In this document: positions 1 to 8,436 of the stretch, piece by piece | How the letters are laid out: each line of letters begins with the position of its first letter | Numbering within the stretch: position 1 is the stretch's first letter | Origin: Candidatus Thalassarchaeaceae archaeon | Lineage (GTDB): Archaea > Thermoplasmatota > Poseidoniia > Poseidoniales > Thalassarchaeaceae | Reading direction: 5' to 3' | DNA length: 32,000 nt | Assembly: GCA_045568075.1 (NCBI GenBank) | Contig: JBJLBP010000001.1 | Span: 1,560,001-1,592,000, forward strand | Position numbers and translations under genes: made by a program | The notes under the pieces: model-generated | Seen by the model: only the letters and a program-made list of their open reading frames with translations | Databases searched by the model: none | What the model was told of the DNA's origin: nothing

Positions 1-108
1 AGACCCGCCGAGAGGCGTTCCCATTTTGAAGGTGCCCATCGGCTCTTCGACGGGTCTGGCTGGCTATCGGAGAAGTCATGAAGGACTCGCTGCTCGCGAG
101 GAGCACTC

Positions 109-1038
109 ATGCCGGTTGTGAGTGGTTCCTCAGGCCGTGCGATAGCAGAGGCTTTGGCTCCATTGCTAGGAATGGAATCGGTTGATTTGGTCAGCCGGCG
201 CTTCCCTGATGGCGAGGGCTACGTTCGCGTACCATCTGAGTCCATAGAATCGGTGCGCAGCGAGCCTGTTGTGCTGGTCTCAAACACCTATCCAGACTCG
301 GGTGTTCTCGAGACAATCCTACTGCTCGAAGCCATCGCTTCGGTTCGCAAAGGAGACCTCTCGAACTACAAAGGCGAGGAGCCACAGAGCCTCCCCGACG
401 TCGGCCCCGGCGTCTTCCTCGCGATTCCATACTTCGGTTACTCCCGACAAGACAAGAGATTCTCACCTGGCGAGGCTGTAAGCGCGCGTGTAATTGGAGA
501 AATGCTCGCGCGCTGTTGCGACGGTATCGCTATCCTAGACCTACACGCGCCAGAGGTCCTCGAGGGCCTCGACGTTCCGGTCGAATTCGTCAGCGCGATG
601 TCAGAGGTCGCTGAGAGATTGTCGGCCAAAGTCAAACCCGATTTCATCCTCAGTCCAGACAAAGGCGCAATTGATCGCGCCACCGAGGTAGCAAATCTGA
701 TGGGTTGTGAATTCAGCTATCTCGAAAAGACTCGAATCGATGCCCGTACCATTGAACACACACCAAAAGACCTCGATGTCGATGGTAAAATCGTCGCAAT
801 CGTCGACGATATGATCAGTACCGGCGGAACAATCTGTCGAGCGAGTGATGCGCTCCGCCGACAAGGTGCAATAGCAGTCCACGCCGCCTGCACCCACGGA
901 TTATTCACTGCAGGCGCAATCTCAAGGCTTGCAAATCACGTGGACGGCGTCCACAGTTCGGACTCACTTCCTAACCCGAGAGCGGTGGTCAGTTCTGCCC
1001 CCGCTCTCGCCCGCGGTCTACGAAATCTAATGTCTTGA
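109..1038 (+). CDS. prs: ribose-phosphate pyrophosphokinase (PRPP synthetase)
   Basis: 309-aa ORF. N-terminus VVSGSSGRAIAEALAPLLG and PRPP-binding loop VAIVDDMISTGGT are typical of the family. Confidence 0.9.
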   Translation: MPVVSGSSGRAIAEALAPLLGMESVDLVSRRFPDGEGYVRVPSESIESVRSEPVVLVSNTYPDSGVLETILLLEAIASVRKGDLSNYKGEEPQSLPDVGPGVFLAIPYFGYSRQDKRFSPGEAVSARVIGEMLARCCDGIAILDLHAPEVLEGLDVPVEFVSAMSEVAERLSAKVKPDFILSPDKGAIDRATEVANLMGCEFSYLEKTRIDARTIEHTPKDLDVDGKIVAIVDDMISTGGTICRASDALRRQGAIAVHAACTHGLFTAGAISRLANHVDGVHSSDSLPNPRAVVSSAPALARGLRNLMS

Positions 1039-1141
1039 AATCATCACACTGCGGGCTGAATTCAATACAATTTATATCTCCACCAATAAGCAATCTCCCA
1101 AGCGGACTACTCCTCAGATTTACCATAGGTAATCCGCTGCG

Positions 1142-1148
1142 TTTATAT
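1142..1148 (+). promoter_or_regulatory. TATA-box-like element upstream of the rpl7ae operon
   Basis: TTTATAT heptamer 46 nt upstream of ATG 1194, which would place a TSS near 1170-1175. An identical heptamer lies at 1071-1077. Confidence 0.4.
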
Positions 1149-1175
1149 CGGCCACGCCGTGCGCCGGACTATCCC

Positions 1176-1201
1176 ACATGAGGAGTGAATCCAATGAGTG
1201 T
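1176..1201 (+). promoter_or_regulatory. kink-turn-like hairpin overlapping the SD and start codon of rpl7ae
   Basis: ACAU|GA|GGA|GUGAA|UCC|AAU|GA|GUGU folds into a 4-bp NC helix, tandem G.A/A.G pairs, a 3-nt bulge (AAU) and a 3-bp C helix capped by a 5-nt loop. Confidence 0.45.
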
Positions 1202-1574
1202 ACACATAGCATACGAGACCCCTAAGGACGTACAAGAGCAAGTCTACGAGATGGTGAAGACCCTAGGCAAAGACGGCGGAGGCGCGCTGAAGAAGGGCGC
1301 TAACGAAGTCACAAAGGCTGCAGAACGCGGCACTGCTCAGATGGTCGTCATGGCAGAGAACGTCAATCCTGGCGAACTTCTGGCCCATATCCCAATGATT
1401 TGCAAAGAAAAAGAAATTCCATTCATCTACGTAGAAGACCAGGCTTACCTCGCTGAGGCTGCTGGAATGCCAACTGGCACCCGCACCGCAGCCATCGCAG
1501 TGATGGACGTCGGCAAGGACAGCACTGACCGCTTCAACGAAGTCAAGGGCCACTTCGAGACCCTTTCTGCTTGA
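1194..1574 (+). CDS. rpl7ae: 50S ribosomal protein L7Ae
   Basis: GANEVTKAAERGTAQMVVMAENVNP is the L7Ae/L30e signature. The SD-like AGGAGTGA 5 nt upstream favours ATG 1194 over the track start GTG 1185. Confidence 0.93.
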   Translation: MSVHIAYETPKDVQEQVYEMVKTLGKDGGGALKKGANEVTKAAERGTAQMVVMAENVNPGELLAHIPMICKEKEIPFIYVEDQAYLAEAAGMPTGTRTAAIAVMDVGKDSTDRFNEVKGHFETLSA

Positions 1575-1607
1575 ATACACTGAATCGGAAGATACGGAGG
1601 AAATGAA

Positions 1608-1829
1608 ATGGTAGAAGTCGATGCATGGCCCGCAGAGGTCGTCGAGATCGTCGGTCGAACCGGTATGACTGGTGAGGCAACTCAAGTCAAGGTTCGCGTG
1701 AACGACGCGAAGAACCCACGCGATATTGGTCGCATCATTACTCGTAACGTAGTCGGCCCGATTAGGGTTGGAGACATTCTGATGCTGAAGGACACGGGCC
1801 GTGAGGCGCGTCGACTCAGCGCTCGATGA
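1608..1829 (+). CDS. rps28e: 30S ribosomal protein S28e
   Basis: 73 aa. [23 protein letters not shown]...[27 protein letters not shown] is typical S28e. GGAGG lies upstream. Confidence 0.93.
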   Translation: MVEVDAWPAEVVEIVGRTGMTGEATQVKVRVNDAKNPRDIGRIITRNVVGPIRVGDILMLKDTGREARRLSAR

Positions 1830-1840
1830 GGTGATTGGAA

Positions 1841-2032
1841 ATGCCAGAGCGTAGAGTATGCAGCTTCACCCATGAGGAAATCGAGCCTGGAACCGGCATG
1901 ATGTTCGTCAAGCGCGACGGCACCACGTTTTGGTTCAAGGATTCGAAGGCACGCAAGAACCACTTGAAGTTGAAGCGCAATCCGCGCAGGCTGAAGTGGA
2001 CCCGTCGCTACGAAAAGGGCGGAATAAATTAG
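1841..2032 (+). CDS. rpl24e: 50S ribosomal protein L24e
   Basis: RVCSFTHEEIEPGTGMMFVKRDGTTFWFKDSKARKN is an L24e zinc-ribbon-like fold sequence. SD GAGGTGAT precedes ATG 1841 (the track start 1835 is a TTG). Confidence 0.92.
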   Translation: MPERRVCSFTHEEIEPGTGMMFVKRDGTTFWFKDSKARKNHLKLKRNPRRLKWTRRYEKGGIN

Positions 2033-2117
2033 ACATCTCAGTCTGTCCACTCTCGACGAAGATTACTGTCGTTTAGGTAATAGGCGCGTAGTGACTCGGT
2101 GATTCCGAGGCTCGAAG

Positions 2118-3344
2118 ATGGCAGAGGATAACGATTCCAAAAAACAAGGCTTCGGTACAAAGGCAGTCCATGCTGGAGAGGTGCACGACCCCTCGGGTTC
2201 GCACATCAATCCAATTCACCAAACATCGACCTTTGTTTTTGAGAATTCAGAGGCAATTGAGAGCTGGGGTCGTGGCGAGAGCGAGGCTTACATCTACACC
2301 CGTGGGAACAATCCCACGATGGAGGTTCTAGCCAAGAAAATCTCAGCGCTCGAAGGCTATGGGATGGATAATGCGGATGAGGTCTCGGCGATTCTTTTCG
2401 GATCAGGAATGGCCGCGATAAACGCCGCATTGCTCAGTATTTGTCAGACCGGCGACCATATCATCACGCAGCAAGTTTTGTACGGCTCGACCGATCATTT
2501 GTTGAGTGCCGACTTCCCAAAAATCGGCATCTCTCACTCACGCGTTCCACGGCTCGAGCCGGCAGGATTGGAGGCTGAGTTGGCCAAGCACCCGAATACC
2601 AAGGCAGTTTATCTCGAGAGCCCTGCGAACCCGACGATGACCATCATCGATATTGCGCAAACTGTCGAAATCGCACACGCACACGGAGCCAAGGTCGTCG
2701 TCGACAATACATTCGCCTCACCTGCACTACAGCGACCACTTTCATTCGGAGCTGATGCTGTGGTTCACAGCACTACGAAGTACATCAACGGCCATGGAAC
2801 AGTCATCGGTGGAGTTGTAGTCAGCGCGGACCGACAGTGGATCGAAGAAGGTCCGTGGATGAAGCAACGATATTTGGGAGCAGCAGTACCGAGCCCGTTC
2901 GATTGTTGGTTGACCAATATCGGACTCAAGACACTATCAATTCGAATGCGCCAGCACTGCGCCAATGCGCGCGCAGTTGCTGAGTTCCTCGATGCTCACC
3001 CCAAGGTCAAGATGACCTTCTGGCCGGGTTTAGAGAGTCATCAAGGACACGAAGTGGCGGCTCGTCAGATGGACGATTTCGGAGCGATGATATCCATCGA
3101 AATCGGCAGTTATGAGGGAGCGGGGCAATTCATGGATGGTTTGAGAATGTGTGGTTTAGGAGTTAGCTTGGGTAATGTCGACACCTTGGTTCAGCACCCA
3201 GCGTCGATGACACATCGATTGGTGTCCGATGAGGACAAGGCAAAGTCTGGAATCACACCAGGGATGGTTCGCCTTTCGATTGGAATAGAGGAGGCCGCGG
3301 ACATCATCGCAGACCTAGAAAGTGGCCTCAACAACATCTCTTGA
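2118..3344 (+). CDS. Cys/Met-metabolism PLP-dependent enzyme (methionine gamma-lyase / cystathionine gamma-synthase / O-acetylhomoserine sulfhydrylase family)
   Basis: 408 aa. Carries YTRGNNPT and the PLP-lysine motif HSTTKYINGHG. The exact activity cannot be assigned from sequence alone. Confidence 0.85.
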   Translation: MAEDNDSKKQGFGTKAVHAGEVHDPSGSHINPIHQTSTFVFENSEAIESWGRGESEAYIYTRGNNPTMEVLAKKISALEGYGMDNADEVSAILFGSGMAAINAALLSICQTGDHIITQQVLYGSTDHLLSADFPKIGISHSRVPRLEPAGLEAELAKHPNTKAVYLESPANPTMTIIDIAQTVEIAHAHGAKVVVDNTFASPALQRPLSFGADAVVHSTTKYINGHGTVIGGVVVSADRQWIEEGPWMKQRYLGAAVPSPFDCWLTNIGLKTLSIRMRQHCANARAVAEFLDAHPKVKMTFWPGLESHQGHEVAARQMDDFGAMISIEIGSYEGAGQFMDGLRMCGLGVSLGNVDTLVQHPASMTHRLVSDEDKAKSGITPGMVRLSIGIEEAADIIADLESGLNNIS

Positions 3345-3349
3345 CCGGT

Positions 3350-3802
3350 TCACCGTGTCATAATGAAAATGCCAATCAGCATACCGAGGAATGAGAGTTC
3401 CATTTGCTCGTGAACCCACCCCCATTGAATCGCTTGGAAGAAATTATCGCCATACCACCCAAGTTGTTCATTGATGGATGAAATTCGTCGAATCAGGTCG
3501 AGGAAAGAAACTGCTATCAGAGTCCCACCAAGTCCCATTTTCATTGTATCATTCAAAGCACCTGTGAGGGAAAGGCCGCTTCCAATTAGGATCGCCAATG
3601 TCGTGCCTGTGTAAATGATGGAATCGAGGGTCATTCCGATATCGCCCCATTCCAATACATCCACAAGTTCAAGCAAGCCGATTATTGCAGCCGGCAAGGC
3701 TAGGATGAAGCAGGCTGCACCGGCAGCTGCGGCAATCGGATTGACCGATTTATTCTCTTGGTGGGCTTGACGGTACTCGTTCACATTCCCTTCTAACATC
3801 AA
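3350..3802 (-). CDS. small integral membrane protein, unknown function
   Basis: 150 aa with about 4 hydrophobic helices. It lies 58 nt downstream of the peptidase gene on the same strand. No recognisable motif. Confidence 0.55.
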   Translation of the reverse strand: MMLEGNVNEYRQAHQENKSVNPIAAAAGAACFILALPAAIIGLLELVDVLEWGDIGMTLDSIIYTGTTLAILIGSGLSLTGALNDTMKMGLGGTLIAVSFLDLIRRISSINEQLGWYGDNFFQAIQWGWVHEQMELSFLGMLIGIFIMTR

Positions 3803-3860
3803 TCCTTGATGAGTCCGTCATCCCTTGAAGATTCGCCCGGATTCGACGATGAACAAGTAC

Positions 3861-5885
3861 TCAAGAGGTCGAATTTGTCCAGTCGGTGCATGCATTATGC
3901 GTGCAGGTTGGAGGGTCGAAGAGGAGTTTGTCGGACGGATCAATCAAGTCAAGCAATAGGTTTGAGCTGGCTCCTTCCTGAATCGTCACAACAGAACTCG
4001 TCGAGGCAGGAAGGTAATCCTCGCCGGTGCTAGCGAGGCTCAGCCGCAGCGTATGACCAGCGGCAACCTGTACATCCATCGTGAAGAATTCCATCTTAGC
4101 GTTGATAGTCTCAAACAGAGGTAACCAAGTCTGCTCCTCGGTACCACCTTCGTGGTAACGCAAGTCCATGATCGCATGACCAATGTGGATGCATGAGCCA
4201 TTCTCATTACAATCCTCCAACACAGCGTAGATCTGCCCGCCGATGGTGGCGGTAGTCACATCAACATGCAATCGAGGCAAGCCAGCAATCCAGATATCCT
4301 CCTCTAGAGGCGCAGTCTCGTAGACAGGACCGGTCGAGCCAGTAGGCAGAATAGTCGTGGTTCCAGCGACGTTCGAGAGCGCCCCTCCTAAGTCAAGAGC
4401 AAGTGTAGTCATCCCCTCTGGTGGATAACGGTCCTCCAACCTCCACTGTCCCTGATTGGTCTGAATCTCAATCCAGAGCCCAGGTTGCTCACCTTCGTCA
4501 AGCAGGTAGAAGTCGAACCATTCGAGCAAGTCCTGCATCCAATCGAAACGCGTCATCTGAGGATATCCTTCACGCCCACGCCCTTCGCCAGAGCGGTCGA
4601 AGTGGTAATCCGGTCGGTCAGGATAATCGTGGTCCCACTGACCGAACAAGCCCTTCGCATCAATTCCAGCATCCTTCAGTTGATTAATCACTGGAACTGC
4701 CATGTGAGGGTCTACATTCCAGTCGTGCATTCCCTGAATGAGGTAGACTGAACCTTCGTAATTAGCCAGTACACGGTCTAGGAAGTAGCGTTCCTTCCAG
4801 TAAGTGCCAGCGGCTTCTCCACCCCACATCCAGGCACCTACTCCGGTGCCGGGACCGATGATGTAGTCGGGGCACATATTGCCGATGTCTTCTGTGTCTC
4901 CGTCGATTCCATAGGATCCGTAAACACCGTTGTGCATGAATGGTGCTCGAGCTTCGGAAGAACCATTCTTCCACATCAATTCCATGACACCAATGAGCCC
5001 TGAGATTGGGACGATTGTTGCAAGGTGCTCATTGCCGAATGTCGCTGCCTGCCAGGGTGTCGAGCCATCGTATGACTTACCGATCATGGCGACTCGACCA
5101 TTCGACCAATCTTGAGTTCCAAGCCAAGTTACCGCAGCGTCAACACCGAGTTGTTCTGCGTTGCCCATCAGGTCCATGCAGTGATTTGAGCGGCCGGTTC
5201 CCATGACCGATACTTGCGCGAAAGCGAAGCCGTGTGGTAGGATTTGATCGATGATCATGCCACCAAGCCAAGTACCTGGCTGTTCAACAGGACCTGTCTG
5301 AACTGATGTCTCATCGAAATATGGCCCGAATTCAGCGATTACTGGTACTTGGGTGCCCTCTGGGACGTCGGGTAGCCATAATCCGAGACTTACCTTGCCA
5401 TTTGGTGCAGACCCACCTTCAGTCATTGGTAGGGTGAATTCGACGAAGTGGTGTGTAGAATTCCATTCGTTTTCGGTTTCGAGGATAGAATAGGGGCCGA
5501 ACTCCATGACGTATGAGTGAGGTAAGTCTGTGACGTATGGCCACTCACCTCGCTCCCAAACAGGAACTCGTTCGTAGATTCCAAGATCTTGCTTGATATC
5601 GTCTACAATCTCATCGAAGATTACGGATTGAAGAATTACCACCATTAGAATTCCAACAACTGCAAATGCGCCGGCTGCCAAAGCTAGACGGCGCCGGTTG
5701 TAGCCTCGCGACTCTAGGAATTCTCCAATTAGTTCGCCAACTGGAGGGATTTCGCTTTTCGGAATCGCTGGAGAGTCATCTTCGAGGATAAGTTCGGCCT
5801 CAAGAACGGCGGTTTCAGAGGCTGCGCCCTTCACGTGCACATGGCCCTCTGGGCCATGGTCGTGGTCGCAGCAATCCTCGGCCAT
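3861..5885 (-). CDS. membrane-anchored CocE/NonD-type hydrolase / X-Pro dipeptidyl-peptidase (S15 family)
   Basis: 674 aa. Cytoplasmic Cys/His-rich tail (CCDHDHGPEGHVH), one TM helix (LALAAGAFAVVGILMVVILQSVIF), then an alpha/beta hydrolase with nucleophile motif IGKSYDGS (GxSYxG). Confidence 0.75.
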   Translation of the reverse strand: MAEDCCDHDHGPEGHVHVKGAASETAVLEAELILEDDSPAIPKSEIPPVGELIGEFLESRGYNRRRLALAAGAFAVVGILMVVILQSVIFDEIVDDIKQDLGIYERVPVWERGEWPYVTDLPHSYVMEFGPYSILETENEWNSTHHFVEFTLPMTEGGSAPNGKVSLGLWLPDVPEGTQVPVIAEFGPYFDETSVQTGPVEQPGTWLGGMIIDQILPHGFAFAQVSVMGTGRSNHCMDLMGNAEQLGVDAAVTWLGTQDWSNGRVAMIGKSYDGSTPWQAATFGNEHLATIVPISGLIGVMELMWKNGSSEARAPFMHNGVYGSYGIDGDTEDIGNMCPDYIIGPGTGVGAWMWGGEAAGTYWKERYFLDRVLANYEGSVYLIQGMHDWNVDPHMAVPVINQLKDAGIDAKGLFGQWDHDYPDRPDYHFDRSGEGRGREGYPQMTRFDWMQDLLEWFDFYLLDEGEQPGLWIEIQTNQGQWRLEDRYPPEGMTTLALDLGGALSNVAGTTTILPTGSTGPVYETAPLEEDIWIAGLPRLHVDVTTATIGGQIYAVLEDCNENGSCIHIGHAIMDLRYHEGGTEEQTWLPLFETINAKMEFFTMDVQVAAGHTLRLSLASTGEDYLPASTSSVVTIQEGASSNLLLDLIDPSDKLLFDPPTCTHNACTDWTNSTS

Positions 5886-5985
5886 TGTTTCGCCGGAGAC
5901 AAATACCCCTCTTGACTTACACGATTATCCGTCTCATTTGTCAAAACGAGTTTGATTGAAAAGGGGGTGCCGGGTCGCCCGCACC

Positions 5986-6438
5986 ATGGGAATGCAGACG
6001 ACATTCATTATGGTGAAGCCTGATGGAGTGCAACGAGGCCTAGTTGGCAACATCATCCAGCGCTTCGAAACCAAGGGACTGCGCCTCGTTGGCCTGCGCC
6101 AGCTTACCCCTTCGATGGAACTAGCTGAGAAGCACTACGCAGTTCACTCCGAGCGTCCATTTTACCCCGGTCTAATCGAATTCATCACGTCCGGACCTGT
6201 TGTGGCTATGGCTTGGACGGGTGTTGAGGCAATTTCAGTGGCTCGAAACATCATCGGGCCAACTAACGGCCGCGAGGCTGCTCCCGGCACAATTCGCGGA
6301 GATTTCGCAATGGACATCGGTCACAACATAATCCACGGCTCAGACGGTGAGGATACCGCTGCCTTCGAATTGGGACTATGGTTCCCAGATGGCGTCGTCG
6401 AGTGGTCTCGTGACGCTGAGAGCCAAATTTACGAGTGA
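5986..6438 (+). CDS. ndk: nucleoside diphosphate kinase
   Basis: [23 protein letters not shown] and the active-site NIIHGSD. ATG 5986 is a more plausible start than the track TTG 5956. Confidence 0.93.
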   Translation: MGMQTTFIMVKPDGVQRGLVGNIIQRFETKGLRLVGLRQLTPSMELAEKHYAVHSERPFYPGLIEFITSGPVVAMAWTGVEAISVARNIIGPTNGREAAPGTIRGDFAMDIGHNIIHGSDGEDTAAFELGLWFPDGVVEWSRDAESQIYE

Positions 6439-6478
6439 AACTACAACTTGACAGAGGATTGAGCATGAGGTGTTTGAA

Positions 6479-8257
6479 ATGTCTGGACGCCGCCAACCAA
6501 TTGTCTCTGTTTTAGGACACGTAGATCACGGTAAGACCTCACTTCTCGACCATATTCGTGGATTGGGATCTGGTCGTCAAGCAAGCGTGATGGATCGTGA
6601 GGCTGGTGGCATAACCCAGCATATCGGCGCCACTGAAGTTCCCGCAGATTTACTGAACGAACTTTGTGGGCCGCTTCTTGGTGGGAATTCGTTTGATTCA
6701 CCTGGGCTTTTGTTCATCGATACACCTGGGCACCACTCGTTCTCAACCCTGCGAGCGCGGGGGGGTTCTCTTGCGGATGTTGCCATCCTGATGATTGACA
6801 TCATGGAGGGTGTGCGACCTCAGACTATCGAATCTATTCGAATTTTGAAGGCGGCTAAGACGCCGTTCGTTATTGCTGCAAACAAGGTTGACCGACTTCA
6901 CGGTTGGCGGGCTGAGCGAGACCGTCCTATGGCTCTGGCAATGCGTGAACAAACCGGTGATACTCTGGGTTATTTTGACCAGCGTTACTGGGATTTGGTC
7001 GGGCAATTTGCTGAGCATGGATTCAATATCGAGCGATATGACCGAATCAAGGATTTCACCAAGGAGATCGCACTAGTACCGATTTCTGCTCGTGAGGGCG
7101 AGGGAATCCAGGACTTGCTGGCCGTTGTAATTGGTATGGCCGAGCGCTACTTAGTCGAGCAGTTGACCGATATTGAGGGAGCGGGCGAGGGCACCGTTCT
7201 CGAGATGAAGGAAGAGCGGGGCTTAGGCAAGACTCTCGATGTAATTCTCTATCGTGGCTCGGTCAAGAAGGGTGACGAGATTATTCTGACGACTGAAGAG
7301 GGTGGCATCTCCACTCGGGTTCGTGGCATGTTCTCCCCTCGCGGGATGTCCGAAATGCGCGATGCTGGAAATCGATGGGATTCCTCTGAAGCTGCTTTCG
7401 CTGCGGCTGGACTGAAGATTTCTGCGCCTGATATGGATGGAGTTCTGGCTGGAACAACCATGCGTGTTGTGACTACTGATGAAGAGAGGGTGGCTGCTAT
7501 GTCGCTTGCGAATGCTGAGGCTGATATTTCTGTTGAACTGGCTGAAGAGGGAGTTATCATCAAGGCCGACACAGTTGGTGGATTGGAGGCCTTAGCTAAG
7601 GAATTAGGTGAACTGGATGTGCCTATTCGTCATGCTACTATTGGCAAGGTGAATCGCCGCGATGTGCGTAGTGCGGAGAATGCGGCGGACCCTCTGCACA
7701 GAATCATCATGGCTTTCTCAACCGATATTCTACCAGATGCTTTGGAGGAGATAGAAAACTCAGAGAACGGGGTGAAATATCTCGGCTCCGATATCATCTA
7801 CCGCATCCTCGAGGAGCGTGAGGAATGGGTAGAAGATCGCACTCGCGAATTGGAAGAAGCCAGCCGCGAGAAGGTTGTTTATCCTGGACGAATTCTTCTA
7901 TTGCCGGACCACACTTTCCGAATTTCCAAGCCTGCAGTTGTGGGTGTGCGTATTCTCGCAGGACGAATCCACGTCGGACAGCGCTTGCTGAAGAATGGCG
8001 AGCGAATTGGGCAGATCAAGTCAATCCGTTCAGGTCAAGAATCTATGAAGGAAGCGAAACAAGGAGCTGAGGTTGCTGTGGCCATCGACGGTGTTACCGT
8101 CGGAAGGCAAATCGAAGAAGATGATGTCCTACTCGTTGACATCCCCGAATCTCACGCAAAGAAACTCCGAAAGATGGACCTCTCAGCCGCCGAGCAAGAA
8201 GTCCTCGAAGAACTCACTCTAATCCATAGAAAGGACAGTCACTTCTGGGGTCGCTGA
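6479..8257 (+). CDS. infB: translation initiation factor aIF5B (IF-2 homologue)
   Basis: G domain motifs VLGHVDHGKTSLLD, DTPGH and AANKVD. Length is about 590 aa. SD GAGGTG precedes ATG 6479 (track start GTG 6470). Confidence 0.93.
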   Translation: MSGRRQPIVSVLGHVDHGKTSLLDHIRGLGSGRQASVMDREAGGITQHIGATEVPADLLNELCGPLLGGNSFDSPGLLFIDTPGHHSFSTLRARGGSLADVAILMIDIMEGVRPQTIESIRILKAAKTPFVIAANKVDRLHGWRAERDRPMALAMREQTGDTLGYFDQRYWDLVGQFAEHGFNIERYDRIKDFTKEIALVPISAREGEGIQDLLAVVIGMAERYLVEQLTDIEGAGEGTVLEMKEERGLGKTLDVILYRGSVKKGDEIILTTEEGGISTRVRGMFSPRGMSEMRDAGNRWDSSEAAFAAAGLKISAPDMDGVLAGTTMRVVTTDEERVAAMSLANAEADISVELAEEGVIIKADTVGGLEALAKELGELDVPIRHATIGKVNRRDVRSAENAADPLHRIIMAFSTDILPDALEEIENSENGVKYLGSDIIYRILEEREEWVEDRTRELEEASREKVVYPGRILLLPDHTFRISKPAVVGVRILAGRIHVGQRLLKNGERIGQIKSIRSGQESMKEAKQGAEVAVAIDGVTVGRQIEEDDVLLVDIPESHAKKLRKMDLSAAEQEVLEELTLIHRKDSHFWGR

Positions 8258-8436
8258 GCAACGTACCCTTTCTGCACCCTAATCGAACACAGTACCTCGA
8301 TTATGAGGGGAAAAGTAAGTGTTTGAAGTGATCGAGAAGATGGAAATGAACTACACGGGTGAAAGATTAGTGTTCGATGCGCGAGCCGTTCAGAAGCGGC
8401 GAATGCTTTAGTATGAAAATGAGAGGCCCGAGTTGT

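Noticed and set aside
1-81. Open frame running off the left edge (RPAERRSHFEGAHRLFDGSGWLSEKS*), a possible C-terminus of an upstream gene. A 7-bp inverted repeat AGACCCG/CGGGTCT lies at 1-7 and 51-57.
   Set aside because: At 26 codons it is too short to identify or to distinguish from non-coding sequence, so it is not reported as a feature.
1041-1047. C-box-like GTGATGA (minus strand) just after the prs stop, a possible box C/D sRNA.
   Set aside because: No D' box (CUGA) at the expected distance of about 12 nt, no C' box, and no terminal D box within 50-70 nt. Only a distant CTGA lies inside the prs coding sequence.
1185-1193. Upstream alternative starts proposed by the ORF track (GTG 1185 for rpl7ae, TTG 1835 for rpl24e, TTG 5956 for ndk, GTG 6470 for infB, GTG 21923 for pepC, TTG 24942 for tuf, ATG 8377 for moxR).
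   Set aside because: For rpl7ae, rpl24e, infB and pepC, an ATG a few codons downstream follows an SD-like GGAGG/GAGGTG element at 5-9 nt. For ndk, moxR and tuf the downstream ATG is preferred because it gives the N-terminal length typical of the family. The upstream codons often lie inside the SD itself.
8323-8406. 27-aa mini-ORF (VIEKMEMNYTGERLVFDARAVQKRRML*) in the infB-moxR spacer.
   Set aside because: No SD-like element and no recognisable motif, and it overlaps the ambiguous 5' extension of moxR. There is insufficient support without conservation or expression data.
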